Assembly (NCBI GenBank): GCA_949289265.1
Contig: CASENE010000042.1
Location: forward strand, 859 to 64,858
Origin: an uncultured Bacteroides sp.
GTDB taxonomy: Bacteria; Bacteroidota; Bacteroidia; Bacteroidales; Bacteroidaceae
Length of the DNA: 64,000 nt
Direction of reading: 5' to 3'
A program made the translations under genes and the position numbers. Under the pieces are notes generated by a model. It saw only the letters and a program-made list of their open reading frames with translations, was not told the origin of the DNA and ran no database searches. This document shows positions 9,334 to 18,550 of the stretch, piece after piece (within the stretch, counting starts at the first letter, position 1; the number at the start of each line of letters is the position of its first letter).

Positions 9334-10695
9334 TTAGGCCTGTTCCTCGGCAGCCTTCTTGGCCGCCGTCTTGCGCTTGGCGGGAGCAGCCGCCTTGGCC
9401 TCTTCCTTCTTCAGCTTGGCCTGCGCCTTGTCCAGCTCCTTGCGCAGCTCTTCAATCTCGATGCCCTGGTTGCGGATGGTGGTCAGCAGCGGGTTCAGCT
9501 CCTCGTTGTCCACATCCACGGGATAGAGCGAGTTGACGCGGCCGATGAAGTCGCCCAGGATGTTCATGTAGTTGGTGAAGGCGTCGAAGGGCGACTCGTA
9601 GATGCCGCGGTTCAGGCCCACGCCGCTGTTCTTCGTCGTCATGAAGCGGAAATTATTGCTGGCCTGCAGATAGTCCCAGTCCTGCTTGATGCGGCGGTCG
9701 TCACACAGGTGCACGCGCTCGGCCACGCTATACAGCTTGTCGAAAGCCTCGCGCTGCATCACGTTGCCCAGCAGGCAGCTGGTGTCGCGCTCCTCGTCCA
9801 GCCACGACAGCGGATAGGGCACGTCGAGCTGCGACACCGATTTCAGCTTGGCGATGACCTCGCTCGGCGTGGAGAAGGTGATGCCTTTCTCCTTGGCGCA
9901 GGCGGGCAACGCCTTGATGAACTCCAGGATGTTGGACGACAAGGGCTGCGCGATGCCCAGCGCGTTCAGTTCCATGAAGATGTTGATAACCTGCTCCTCC
10001 TGCGGCATGGAGTCTATCCAGCCGATGTAGCGGTCGGCAAAGAGGGGGAACTCGTTCCACTCCGAGTTGGAGAAGCGCAGGCTGATGTCGTCGGACAGCT
10101 TGAAGTCGCGCAACAGCAGTTTCAGGTTGGGATTCATGTTGCAGTGGTACACGTAGTGCGGGCTCTTCCATCCCAGCACGTGCTTGGCTCCCTCGGTCAG
10201 CATACCCTTGAAGCCCATCGAGGCCACCATGGCGCCGATTTCGTCGGAGTAGATCAGGCTGGAGTTGCGGAACACCTTGGGCGTCTTGCCGAACATCTCT
10301 TTCATCTTGGCGGCCTGGCGCGTCACTTCTTCCTTGAAGCAGTCTTCGTTGGCCAGCGAGGAGAGTCCGTGCGAATAGGGTTCGGCCAGGAACTCGCAGC
10401 AGCCGGTCTCGTTCAGCTGGTGCAGCAGGTCGATGACGGCAGGCGCATGGATTTCCAGCTGTTCCAGGGCCACGCCCGAGATGGACAGGGCCACCTTGAA
10501 GGCGCCTTCCGACTTCTTGGCCATCTCGATGAGGGTGGTCAGCGCGGGGATGTAGGAACGCTCGGCGACATCGGTCATGCCCGTTTCGTTGGCATAGTCG
10601 TCATAGTAGTAGTGGTCATTACCGATGTCGAAGAAACGGTAACGCTTCAGATGAATAATCTGGTGTATCTCGAAGTAAAGACAAATCGTTCTCAT
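9334..10695 (-). CDS. GH57 alpha-amylase-like protein with degenerate catalytic motifs
   Basis: YFEIHQ, SISG.ALEQLE, EFLAEPYSHG, FRNSSLIY, SDDISLRFS, SPFDAFTNYMNIL; Lys/Ala-rich C-terminal tail. Confidence 0.85.
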   Translation of the reverse strand: MRTICLYFEIHQIIHLKRYRFFDIGNDHYYYDDYANETGMTDVAERSYIPALTTLIEMAKKSEGAFKVALSISGVALEQLEIHAPAVIDLLHQLNETGCCEFLAEPYSHGLSSLANEDCFKEEVTRQAAKMKEMFGKTPKVFRNSSLIYSDEIGAMVASMGFKGMLTEGAKHVLGWKSPHYVYHCNMNPNLKLLLRDFKLSDDISLRFSNSEWNEFPLFADRYIGWIDSMPQEEQVINIFMELNALGIAQPLSSNILEFIKALPACAKEKGITFSTPSEVIAKLKSVSQLDVPYPLSWLDEERDTSCLLGNVMQREAFDKLYSVAERVHLCDDRRIKQDWDYLQASNNFRFMTTKNSGVGLNRGIYESPFDAFTNYMNILGDFIGRVNSLYPVDVDNEELNPLLTTIRNQGIEIEELRKELDKAQAKLKKEEAKAAAPAKRKTAAKKAAEEQA

Positions 10696-10723
10696 TGTTG
10701 ACTAAGTGTTTTTGATGGGTTTG

Positions 10724-11989
10724 TTACCTATAGTTCTTTAATACGTTCTCATAGAGGCCGCGCACCTTCAGGGCCACTTTCTCCCAGGTGATGGCGTCCA
10801 CTTCCTTCTTGCCCTCTTCCTGCAGGTACTTGAACAGGGCGGGGTTGGTGCAGATGGAGTGGATGTAGTCGGCCATGGCGTGGATGTCCCAGTAGTCGGT
10901 CTTGATGACGTTGGTCAGGATTTCGCCGCAGCCGGACTGCTTGGAGATGATGGAGGGCGTGCCGCACTGCATGGCCTCCAGCGGCGCGATGCCGAAGGGC
11001 TCGGACACGGAGGGCATCACGAAGACGTCGCTGTTCTTGTAGACCTCATACACCTGCTTGCCCTTCATGAAGCCTGGGAAGTGGAAGCGGTCGGCAATGC
11101 CGCGTTCGGCGGCCAGGTTGATCATGGCGTTCATCATGTCGCCCGAGCCGGCCATGACGAAGCGGATGTTGCGCGTGCGCTTCAGCACCATGGCGGCCGC
11201 CTCGACGAAGTATTCGGGGCCTTTCTGCATGGTGATGCGTCCCAGGAAGGTGACCACCTTCTCCTTGTCGTGCGGGGGGCGCGGGATGTCCTGGTATTCC
11301 TGCGGCAGGGGGTAGACGGCGTTGTGCACGGCGAATACCTTGCGCGGGTCTTGGTGATACTCGTTGATGACGGTGCGGCGCGTCAGCTCGGACACGCACA
11401 TGATGCAGTCGGCATAGTCCATGCCGTTCTTCTCGATGCCGTAGACCGTGGGGTTGACCTTGCCGCGCGAGCGGTCGAAGTCGGTGGCATGCACGTGGAT
11501 GCACAGCGGTTTGCCGCTCACCATCTTGGCGTGCACGCCGGCGGGATAGGTCAGCCAGTCGTGCGCGTGGATGATGTCGAACTGCTGCTGCCGGGCCACC
11601 ACGCCTGCGATGATGGAGAAGTTGTTGATTTCGTCGTTCAGGTTCGAGGGATAGCCCCCGGCAAACTCCATGCAGCCGATGTCGTTGACGTGCATGTAGG
11701 AGAAGTCGGCGTAGATGTGGTTGCGCAGGTCGTAGTAGAGCTCGGGCGTCATGCCCGGCGTGAGGCGTCCTTTCAGCCAGTTGTAGTCCACGTCGCGCCA
11801 GACGATGGGCACCTGGTTCATGCCGATGATGTTCAAGAACTTTTCTTCGTCGCCGCAGGGTTTGGGCATGCAGAACGTGGTCTCCACGTCGCCCTGGATG
11901 CTCAGGCCTTTGGTGATTCCGTACGTGGCGACAGCCAGGCCGCCGTATATTTTGGGAGGAAATTCCCATCCGAACATTAATACTTTCAT
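10724..11989 (-). CDS. GT4 glycosyltransferase (glycogen-associated)
   Basis: MFGWEFPP..GGL, HAHDWLT, FLGRIT.QKGP, PSVSEPFGIAPLEA. Confidence 0.92.
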   Translation of the reverse strand: MKVLMFGWEFPPKIYGGLAVATYGITKGLSIQGDVETTFCMPKPCGDEEKFLNIIGMNQVPIVWRDVDYNWLKGRLTPGMTPELYYDLRNHIYADFSYMHVNDIGCMEFAGGYPSNLNDEINNFSIIAGVVARQQQFDIIHAHDWLTYPAGVHAKMVSGKPLCIHVHATDFDRSRGKVNPTVYGIEKNGMDYADCIMCVSELTRRTVINEYHQDPRKVFAVHNAVYPLPQEYQDIPRPPHDKEKVVTFLGRITMQKGPEYFVEAAAMVLKRTRNIRFVMAGSGDMMNAMINLAAERGIADRFHFPGFMKGKQVYEVYKNSDVFVMPSVSEPFGIAPLEAMQCGTPSIISKQSGCGEILTNVIKTDYWDIHAMADYIHSICTNPALFKYLQEEGKKEVDAITWEKVALKVRGLYENVLKNYR

Positions 11990-12007
11990 ATGTTGCTTCC
12001 TCCTGTG

Positions 12008-13957
12008 TTATTGTGCGTTGTTGTTATACATGGACAATAGTCTCAGTGCGCGCAGGATTTCGGCCACGTTCATGGCGAAGGACACTGCGCCGCGCCCGGT
12101 GAAGGGCGGGTTGCCGTCGAACAGCTCGGGCAGGGTGCCGATGCAGTGGCAGGTCATCTCGTCTTCCATGCCGATGAGGGCGCGTTCCAGGAAGGAGAGG
12201 CCGCTGTTCTTGTAGATGCGCAGGTAGGCCTCGGCGTAGAAGCCCAGCAGCCACGGCCAGGCCGTGCCCTGGTGGTAGGCATAGTCGCGCTGCGTCTGCG
12301 GGCCCACGTAGTTGGGGTTGTAGCCTCCGCTCTTGGGGCTGAGGCTGCGCAGGCCCTTGGGGGTGAGCAGCTCTTTGGTGACGATATCCAGCACCTGCTT
12401 CTTCTGCATGCGGTCCAGGGGCGAATAGTCCAGGGCCACGGCGAATATCATGTTGGGGCGCACGCTCCAGTCCATCATGTAGCCGTCGACGTAGTCGAAG
12501 AGGTAGCCGTATTCGTTGCGGAAGACTTCGACGAAGGACTTGCCGGTCTCTTCGGCCTGGGTGTCCAGCGTGTGGGCGCCCACCTCGTCGCCGTTCTCGC
12601 GGGCCATGTCGGCGCCGAAGCGCAGGGCGTTATACCAGAGGGCGTTGACCTCGACCACGTAGCCCGTGCGCGGGATGACGGGGCGGCCGTTGGCCGTGGA
12701 GTTCATCCAGGTGACGGCGCGGTCGGTGCCGTTGGTATAGAGCAGGCCGTTGTCGTGCAGGAAGAGGTTGTCGTGCTTGCGGCTCAGCAGGTAGCGCAGG
12801 ATGTCGCGCAGCAGGTCGCCGTACATCTCGATGCAGCGGCGGCGCGAGGTGAACTTGGCATACTGCTGCAGCGTCCAGACGGCCCACAGGAGGACGTCGG
12901 GGTGCTCCATCTCGTAAATCTTGTAGGTGGACGGCTCACCGGCCATGAACTGGCGGAGGGCTTTCGCGGCGGTCTTCATGGCGTCCTCGAACTCGTCCTG
13001 CTCGTCGATGGCCAGGGTGAGGCCGGGCAGGGAGACGAAGAGGTCGCGCGCGCGGCATTTGAACCAGGGGTAGCCGGCCAGGACGTAGTGCTCGTCGCCC
13101 TGCTTGTTGTGGAACTGGTGGGCGGAGTTGGTGAGGCAGTGCAGGAAGCTGTCGCGCGGCGTGCGGTCGGCCACCTCGGCCTCGAAGGTCTGCTTCAGCC
13201 TGCGGGTGGACACCTCGGAGATGCCGGCCGAGAAGACGATGCTCTCGCCCTTCTTGATGTCCACCTCGAAGTAGCCGGGCACGTAGAGGTCTTCGTTGAA
13301 GTCGTAGCCGCGCTCCTGCTCCTTGGTATAGACGATGCCCCGGTACCAGTCGGGCTGGAAATGGAAGTCGTTCTTCTTGTTCAGCTGCATGTAGAGCTCG
13401 GGATAGCCGGGATACATGCAGGTCTTGATGCCGTTCTCCACCAGCTGGTATTCGCGGCTGGCCTGGGCGTTCTCGTGCGTGTATTCGCGCACGCTGCGGA
13501 AGGCCAGGAAGGGGCGGAAGCGGAGCGTGGTGGCCGAATGGGCGTCGACCAGGGTGTAGCGGATGAGGATGCGGTTCTCGTGGTGGACGAAGATTTTCTC
13601 CTTGCGCAGGACGACGCCTCCCACGCGGTAGGTGGTGGCGGGGATGTGCTCGCAGTCGAACTCGCGGATGTACTTGTGTCCGTTGGGGCTGAAGTGCCCG
13701 TTGCCGTAATAGTGCAGGCCCAGGTTGAACTCGGCTCCGTGCTGGATCACCGTCTCGTCCAGCGAGGAGAGCAGCACGTGGTTCTCGTCGTCCAGGTTGG
13801 GGACGGGAATCACCAGCAAGCCGTGATACTTGCGCGTGTTGCAATCCACGATAGACGTACAATGATAAGCACCCGACTTGTTCGTCCGGAGGATTTCCCG
13901 CGGCAGCGACTCCTGAAGGTTGGTCATCAGGGTCTTGTCAAATCGTAAATAACTCAT
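12008..13957 (-). CDS. Glycogen debranching enzyme (amylo-alpha-1,6-glucosidase, GH133-like)
   Basis: NTRKYHGLL N-terminal domain, AGYPWF, TWMNS, RPN, GLRSLSP, YHQGTAWPW, ELFDG. Confidence 0.92.
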   Translation of the reverse strand: MSYLRFDKTLMTNLQESLPREILRTNKSGAYHCTSIVDCNTRKYHGLLVIPVPNLDDENHVLLSSLDETVIQHGAEFNLGLHYYGNGHFSPNGHKYIREFDCEHIPATTYRVGGVVLRKEKIFVHHENRILIRYTLVDAHSATTLRFRPFLAFRSVREYTHENAQASREYQLVENGIKTCMYPGYPELYMQLNKKNDFHFQPDWYRGIVYTKEQERGYDFNEDLYVPGYFEVDIKKGESIVFSAGISEVSTRRLKQTFEAEVADRTPRDSFLHCLTNSAHQFHNKQGDEHYVLAGYPWFKCRARDLFVSLPGLTLAIDEQDEFEDAMKTAAKALRQFMAGEPSTYKIYEMEHPDVLLWAVWTLQQYAKFTSRRRCIEMYGDLLRDILRYLLSRKHDNLFLHDNGLLYTNGTDRAVTWMNSTANGRPVIPRTGYVVEVNALWYNALRFGADMARENGDEVGAHTLDTQAEETGKSFVEVFRNEYGYLFDYVDGYMMDWSVRPNMIFAVALDYSPLDRMQKKQVLDIVTKELLTPKGLRSLSPKSGGYNPNYVGPQTQRDYAYHQGTAWPWLLGFYAEAYLRIYKNSGLSFLERALIGMEDEMTCHCIGTLPELFDGNPPFTGRGAVSFAMNVAEILRALRLLSMYNNNAQ

Positions 13958-14029
13958 GGTTGTACATATATTTAAAGGTTAATTATTCAGGTATTCCGTG
14001 CCGCGAAGCCCGTAGCACGTCCAAAAGTA

Positions 14030-14037
14030 CAAATTTA
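14030..14037 (-). promoter_or_regulatory. -7 promoter box for the debranching enzyme-GT4-GH57 operon
   Basis: Minus strand reads TAAATTTG. Confidence 0.6.
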
Positions 14038-14131
14038 TACCCACACACAAAATAAAAAAGGTGTTTTTTTTTCAGTTTTCCGAGGAATTGTCGTAGTATT
14101 GCACCGCCAAAACGGCCCGCCGCCCCCGAAT

Positions 14132-14219
14132 CGGGGATTATAACCCCAGCCTGCTGAGACTATAGCCCCAGCCAGCGGGGACTATAGCCCCTGCGAGCGG
14201 GGACTATGGCCCCGGCAGG
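14132..14219. repeat. 22-bp tandem array, 4 units, near-palindromic GGGG-ACTATA-GCCCC core
   Basis: cggggattataaccccagcctg / ctgagactatagccccagccag / cggggactatagcccctgcgag / cggggactatggccccggcagg. Confidence 0.85.
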
Positions 14220-14269
14220 CGAAGATTCCGCCGCGGCGACGGGCGCAAACGAATACAAGGGAAATCAGT

Positions 14270-15778
14270 ATGGAAGGATACATTTCGGACAGTCTGTATA
14301 ACTCCGGACGCAAGCGCAACAGCCTCATCAACCGCCGCATCATCATGCGCGTGCTGAGCGTGCTGCTGCTGGTGGAGGTGTGCATGTTGCTCAGTTGCGT
14401 GGGCGTGGCCTGGTTCTACCGCGAGGCGGACGGCTGGGCCTTCCTGCTCTCGGCCGGCATCACGGCCGCCGCCGCGGGCCTGCTGGCGCTGGCGGGGCGC
14501 GGGGCCGAGCGGCGCATGAGCAAGCGCGACGGCTATTGCGTGGCGGCGCTGACGTGGGTGTTGTTCAGCGCCTTCGGCATGCTGCCGTTCCTCTTCAGCC
14601 AGAGCGTGCCCACCGTGGGCAGCGCGTTCTTCGAGACGATGTCGGGCTTCACCACCACGGGGGCCACCATCATGGACGACATCGACACGCAGTCGCACGC
14701 CATCCTCTTCTGGCGCGCGCTGACCCACTGGATAGGCGGCCTGGGCATCGTGTTCTTCGCCATCGCCATCCTGCCGGCCTTCAGCGACGGGGGCAACCTG
14801 CAGCTGTTTTCGGCCGAGGCGGTGGGCGTGACGCACGACAAAATCCACCCCAAGGTCAGCACCATGGCCCGCTGGCTGTGGACCATCTACCTCATCCTGA
14901 CCGTCAGCCAGACCCTCCTGCTGCGACTGGGCGGCATGGGCTGGTTCGACTCCGTGTGCCACACCTTCGCCACCGTGGCCACGGGCGGCTTCAGCACGCG
15001 GCAGGCCAGCATCGCCTATTGGGACTCGGCCTACATCGAATACGTCACGGCCCTCTTCATGATTCTGGCGGGCATCAACTTCTCGCTCTACTTCTCGTGC
15101 CTCAAGGGCCGCTTCGGCAAGATATGGCGCGACGAGGAGACGCGCTACTTCCTGGGCTCCATCCTCGCGACGACGCTCGTCATCGCCGCCGCCCTGGCGT
15201 GGCAGAAAGGCTACGGGCTGGAGGAGGCCTTCCGCAAGGCGCTGTTCCAGGTGGTGACGCTGCACACGTCCACCGGCTTCGCCACGGACGACTACATGCT
15301 GTGGCCCCCGTTCACGTGGCTGCTGCTGGTCTACGCCATGCTGGCGGGCGGATGCACGGGCTCCACCAGCGGCGGCATCAAGAACCTGCGCCTGCTCATC
15401 ATGTCCAAGGGCATCCGCAACCACTTCCGCAAGCTGCTGCACCCCAACGCCGTGATGCAGATACGCGTCAACCGCCAGGCCGTCCCCTCCAGCGTGGTGC
15501 TGACGGTGGGCATCTTCATCTGCCTCTACCTGGCGTGCGTGTTCGTGGGCTGGATACTGCTGATGCTGATGGGCGTGGGCTTCATGGACGCCTTCGGGGT
15601 CTGCGTCTCCAGCATGGGCAACGCGGGCCTGGGCCTGGGCCTGTTCGGCCCCGCCTATTCGTGGAGCGCCCTGCCCGAGGCGGGCAAGTGGCTCAGCTCG
15701 TTCCTCATGCTGCTGGGCCGTCTGGAGATGTTCGCCGTGATGCTGATGTTCTATTCGGCCTTCTGGAAAAGCCGCTGA
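14270..15778 (+). CDS. trkH: Trk-system potassium uptake permease
   Basis: FFETMSGFTTTGAT, WRALTHWIGGLG, ATGGFS, TSTGF, GSTSGGIK, GNAGLG, LGRLE pore-loop repeats; exact start uncertain. Confidence 0.93.
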   Translation: MEGYISDSLYNSGRKRNSLINRRIIMRVLSVLLLVEVCMLLSCVGVAWFYREADGWAFLLSAGITAAAAGLLALAGRGAERRMSKRDGYCVAALTWVLFSAFGMLPFLFSQSVPTVGSAFFETMSGFTTTGATIMDDIDTQSHAILFWRALTHWIGGLGIVFFAIAILPAFSDGGNLQLFSAEAVGVTHDKIHPKVSTMARWLWTIYLILTVSQTLLLRLGGMGWFDSVCHTFATVATGGFSTRQASIAYWDSAYIEYVTALFMILAGINFSLYFSCLKGRFGKIWRDEETRYFLGSILATTLVIAAALAWQKGYGLEEAFRKALFQVVTLHTSTGFATDDYMLWPPFTWLLLVYAMLAGGCTGSTSGGIKNLRLLIMSKGIRNHFRKLLHPNAVMQIRVNRQAVPSSVVLTVGIFICLYLACVFVGWILLMLMGVGFMDAFGVCVSSMGNAGLGLGLFGPAYSWSALPEAGKWLSSFLMLLGRLEMFAVMLMFYSAFWKSR

Positions 15779-15911
15779 GGCCCGCCGGCCCCGCGGATGC
15801 CGGACGCGACGGGAGAATGATTAAGAAATGATAAAAAACTGACGCAGACAACGTCCGCCCGCCCGATATTGACTACTTTTGTCGGCAAAAAACCGACAAG
15901 CACAGACGTAT

Positions 15912-16595
15912 ATGGACAGCATGTTTGACACAATGCTACAACTGCCCCTCTTCCAAGGCCTGGCGAAGGAGGACTTCACCAACATCCTGGCGAAGGTAAA
16001 GCTGCACTTCGTCCGCCACAAGAAGGGCGAGGTGCTGGCCCGCGAGGGCGACCCGTGCGACCGGCTCGTCTTCGTCCTGCAAGGGGCCGTCAACGTCGCC
16101 ACCCCCGCGGCCGACCGCGTCTACCTCTTCAGCGAGCGGTGCGAGGCGCCCCTGCTGGTGGAGCCCTACTCGCTGTTCGGCATGACCACCACCTACGTAT
16201 CCACCTACACCGCCCTGGACAACGCCACCAGCACCGTCAGCATCAGCAAGTCGTTCGTGCTGGACGAGCTGGCCCGGTATGAAATCTTCCGCCTGAACTA
16301 CACCAACATCCTCTGCAACCGCGCCCAAATCCTGCAACGGCGGCTGTGGCACGTCAACGGCGGAGACCTGAAGGAGCGCATCGTGCGCTTCATCGCCAGC
16401 CGGGCCGAACGCCCCGCCGGGCCCAAGACGCTGAAGATAAAGATGGAAGACCTGGCACGCATCGTCAACGACACCCGGCTCAACGTCTCGAAGGTGCTCA
16501 ACGCCCTGCAAGACAAAGACCTGCTGGAACTGCGCCGGGGCGAAATCACGGTGCACCGCCTGGAAGACCTCCTGGGCCGCCATCCGCAAGCATAA
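15912..16595 (+). CDS. Crp/Fnr family transcriptional regulator
   Basis: LPLFQG, cNMP-binding-like fold, C-terminal HTH (KMEDLARIVNDTRLNVSKVLN); -7 box TACTTTTG at 15874-15881 favours ATG 15912. Confidence 0.85.
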   Translation: MDSMFDTMLQLPLFQGLAKEDFTNILAKVKLHFVRHKKGEVLAREGDPCDRLVFVLQGAVNVATPAADRVYLFSERCEAPLLVEPYSLFGMTTTYVSTYTALDNATSTVSISKSFVLDELARYEIFRLNYTNILCNRAQILQRRLWHVNGGDLKERIVRFIASRAERPAGPKTLKIKMEDLARIVNDTRLNVSKVLNALQDKDLLELRRGEITVHRLEDLLGRHPQA

Positions 16596-16646
16596 CCGCC
16601 CGGGCCGCCCCCGCCCGCCGGCCCGCGCCATCCTAAACATATCCTT

Positions 16647-17585
16647 ATGAACGAAAAAGCCAAAGGCTATCTGCTGGCCGTCATCGCCGCCACCACGTAT
16701 GGCATGAACCCGCTGTTTGCCCTGCCGCTCTATGCGGACGGCATGAACCCGGACTCCGTCCTCTTCTTCCGCTACCTGTTTGCCATCCCCCTGGTGGGGG
16801 CCATGCTCAAGACACGCCGCGGCGGCGACTTCCGCATAGGCCGCGCCACGCTGCTGCCGCTCTTCGTGCTGGGCATCCTGATGGCCGCCTCGTCGCTCAC
16901 CCTGTTCGAGGCCTACAACTACATGGACGCGGGCATCGCCTCCACCATCCTCTTCGTCTACCCCATCCTGGTGGCCGTCATCATGGCGGCCGCCTACAAG
17001 GAGCGGGTCACCCTCCAGACGGCCCTGTGCATCCTGCTGGCCCTGAGCGGCATCGCCATGCTCTACCAGGGCGGCGACGGCGCCACGCTGAGCCTGACGG
17101 GCACGCTGCTGGTCTTTGCCTCGGCCCTGTCGTATGCCATCTACATCGTGGGCGTCAACCGCCCGTCGCTGAAGGAGATGCCTACGCTGAAGGTGACGTT
17201 CTACGTGCTGCTGTTCGGCGTGTTGCTGTTCGTCGGGCAACTGTGGGCGGACGGCGCGGTCTGCCTGCCCACCCGCTGGTGGCTGTGGGGCAACCTGCTG
17301 GCCCTGGCCGTCTTCCCCACTGCCATCTCCTTCCTCTGCACCACCAGCGCCATACAGCGCATCGGCTCCACCCCCACGGCCATCCTGGGCGCCCTGGAGC
17401 CGGTGACGGCCATCTTCTTCGGCCTCACCGTCTTCGGCGAAAGGCTGACCGCGCGCGACTGCATGGGCATCACGCTCATCCTGGTGGCGGTGACGGTGGT
17501 GGTGGCCGGGGGCAGCATCACGCATCAGCTGGTGCGCCTGCGCAAGCTGTTTCCCCGCCTGCCGCTGAAAAGGCGGAGGGATTGA
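16647..17585 (+). CDS. EamA/DMT family transporter
   Basis: About 10 TM helices, duplicated EamA pattern, LGALEPVTA. Confidence 0.88.
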   Translation: MNEKAKGYLLAVIAATTYGMNPLFALPLYADGMNPDSVLFFRYLFAIPLVGAMLKTRRGGDFRIGRATLLPLFVLGILMAASSLTLFEAYNYMDAGIASTILFVYPILVAVIMAAAYKERVTLQTALCILLALSGIAMLYQGGDGATLSLTGTLLVFASALSYAIYIVGVNRPSLKEMPTLKVTFYVLLFGVLLFVGQLWADGAVCLPTRWWLWGNLLALAVFPTAISFLCTTSAIQRIGSTPTAILGALEPVTAIFFGLTVFGERLTARDCMGITLILVAVTVVVAGGSITHQLVRLRKLFPRLPLKRRRD

Positions 17586-17629
17586 ACCGCTCCCTGCCCG
17601 CGCGCCTTGCATTTCCTACCGAAATGCCC

Positions 17630-17637
17630 TACCTTTG
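17630..17637 (+). promoter_or_regulatory. -7 promoter box for the DUF1349 gene
   Basis: TACCTTTG. Confidence 0.6.
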
Positions 17638-17680
17638 CAAAAGCAACGAACAACTTGACAACTTAACAAAACGCATCGCA

Positions 17681-18337
17681 ATGAAAGCAAAAAAGATTCT
17701 CTTCGCCCTGCTGGCAGCCGTCGCCGGTCCCGCCCTGCAGGCGCAGACGCTGGAGAAGATGACGTGGTTCAACGAACCGCAAGCATGGAACATCCAAGAC
17801 AACGCCCTCACGATGTCCGTCACCCCGAAGAGCGACTACTGGCGCATCTCGCACTACGGCTTCACGGTGGACGACGCGCCTTTCTACTACGCCACCTACG
17901 GCGGCGAGTTCGAGGCCAAGGTGAAGGTGTCCGGCGACTACCGCACCCGCTTCGACCAGGCGGGCCTGATGCTGCGCGTCGACCACGAGAACTACATCAA
18001 GGCCGGCATCGAATACGTGGACGGCAAGTACAACCTGAGCGTCGTCGTCACGCACCACACGTCCGACTGGAGCGTCATCACCCTGGACCGCCCCGTGGAG
18101 CACGTCTGGATCAAGGCCGTGCGCCGCCTGGACGCCGTGGAGATATTCTACTCGTTCGACGACCGGAACTACACGATGATGCGCAACGCCTGGCTGCAGG
18201 ACAACACGCCCGTGCGCGTCGGCCTCATGGCCGCCTGCCCCGACGGCGACGGCTTCGTGGCCCGCTTCGAGCACTTCAGTGTGAAGCACCTGCCCGACCT
18301 GCGCCGCACGGAATGGCTGAAGAAAAACGCGGAGTGA
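17681..18337 (+). CDS. DUF1349 domain secreted protein (ConA-like beta-sandwich)
   Basis: Signal peptide MKAKKILFALLAA..LQA; WFNEP, SDYWR.SHYGF, FDQAGLM, IKAGIEY. Confidence 0.85.
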   Translation: MKAKKILFALLAAVAGPALQAQTLEKMTWFNEPQAWNIQDNALTMSVTPKSDYWRISHYGFTVDDAPFYYATYGGEFEAKVKVSGDYRTRFDQAGLMLRVDHENYIKAGIEYVDGKYNLSVVVTHHTSDWSVITLDRPVEHVWIKAVRRLDAVEIFYSFDDRNYTMMRNAWLQDNTPVRVGLMAACPDGDGFVARFEHFSVKHLPDLRRTEWLKKNAE

Positions 18338-18343
18338 GAGCGG

Positions 18344-18538
18344 GCTGCGAGTGACAGACTACGAGCTGCAAGCTACGAGCTACAAGCTACGAGCTACGAG
18401 AAAGGCAGATAAGAGAAGAAGAGCTGCAAACGTGTGGGATTCCCACTCTTTGCAGCTCTTCTTCTTTCTCCCTTATTTTATTCCTGCTAAACTCGTAGCT
18501 TGTAGCTCGTAGCTCGTCACTCGTAGCTCACAGCTCGC
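18344..18538. repeat. GCTACGA heptamer inverted-arm element enclosing a terminator hairpin
   Basis: Left arm 18344-18400 (ctacgagctgcaagctacgagctacaagctacgagctacgag); right arm 18492-18538 (ctcgtagcttgtagctcgtagctcgtcactcgtagctc). Confidence 0.85.
18413..18470. terminator. Bidirectional terminator between DUF1349 and guaA
   Basis: gagaagaagagctgcaaa ... tttgcagctcttcttctttctc. Confidence 0.75.
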
Positions 18539-18550
18539 ATAGCCAGTCGC

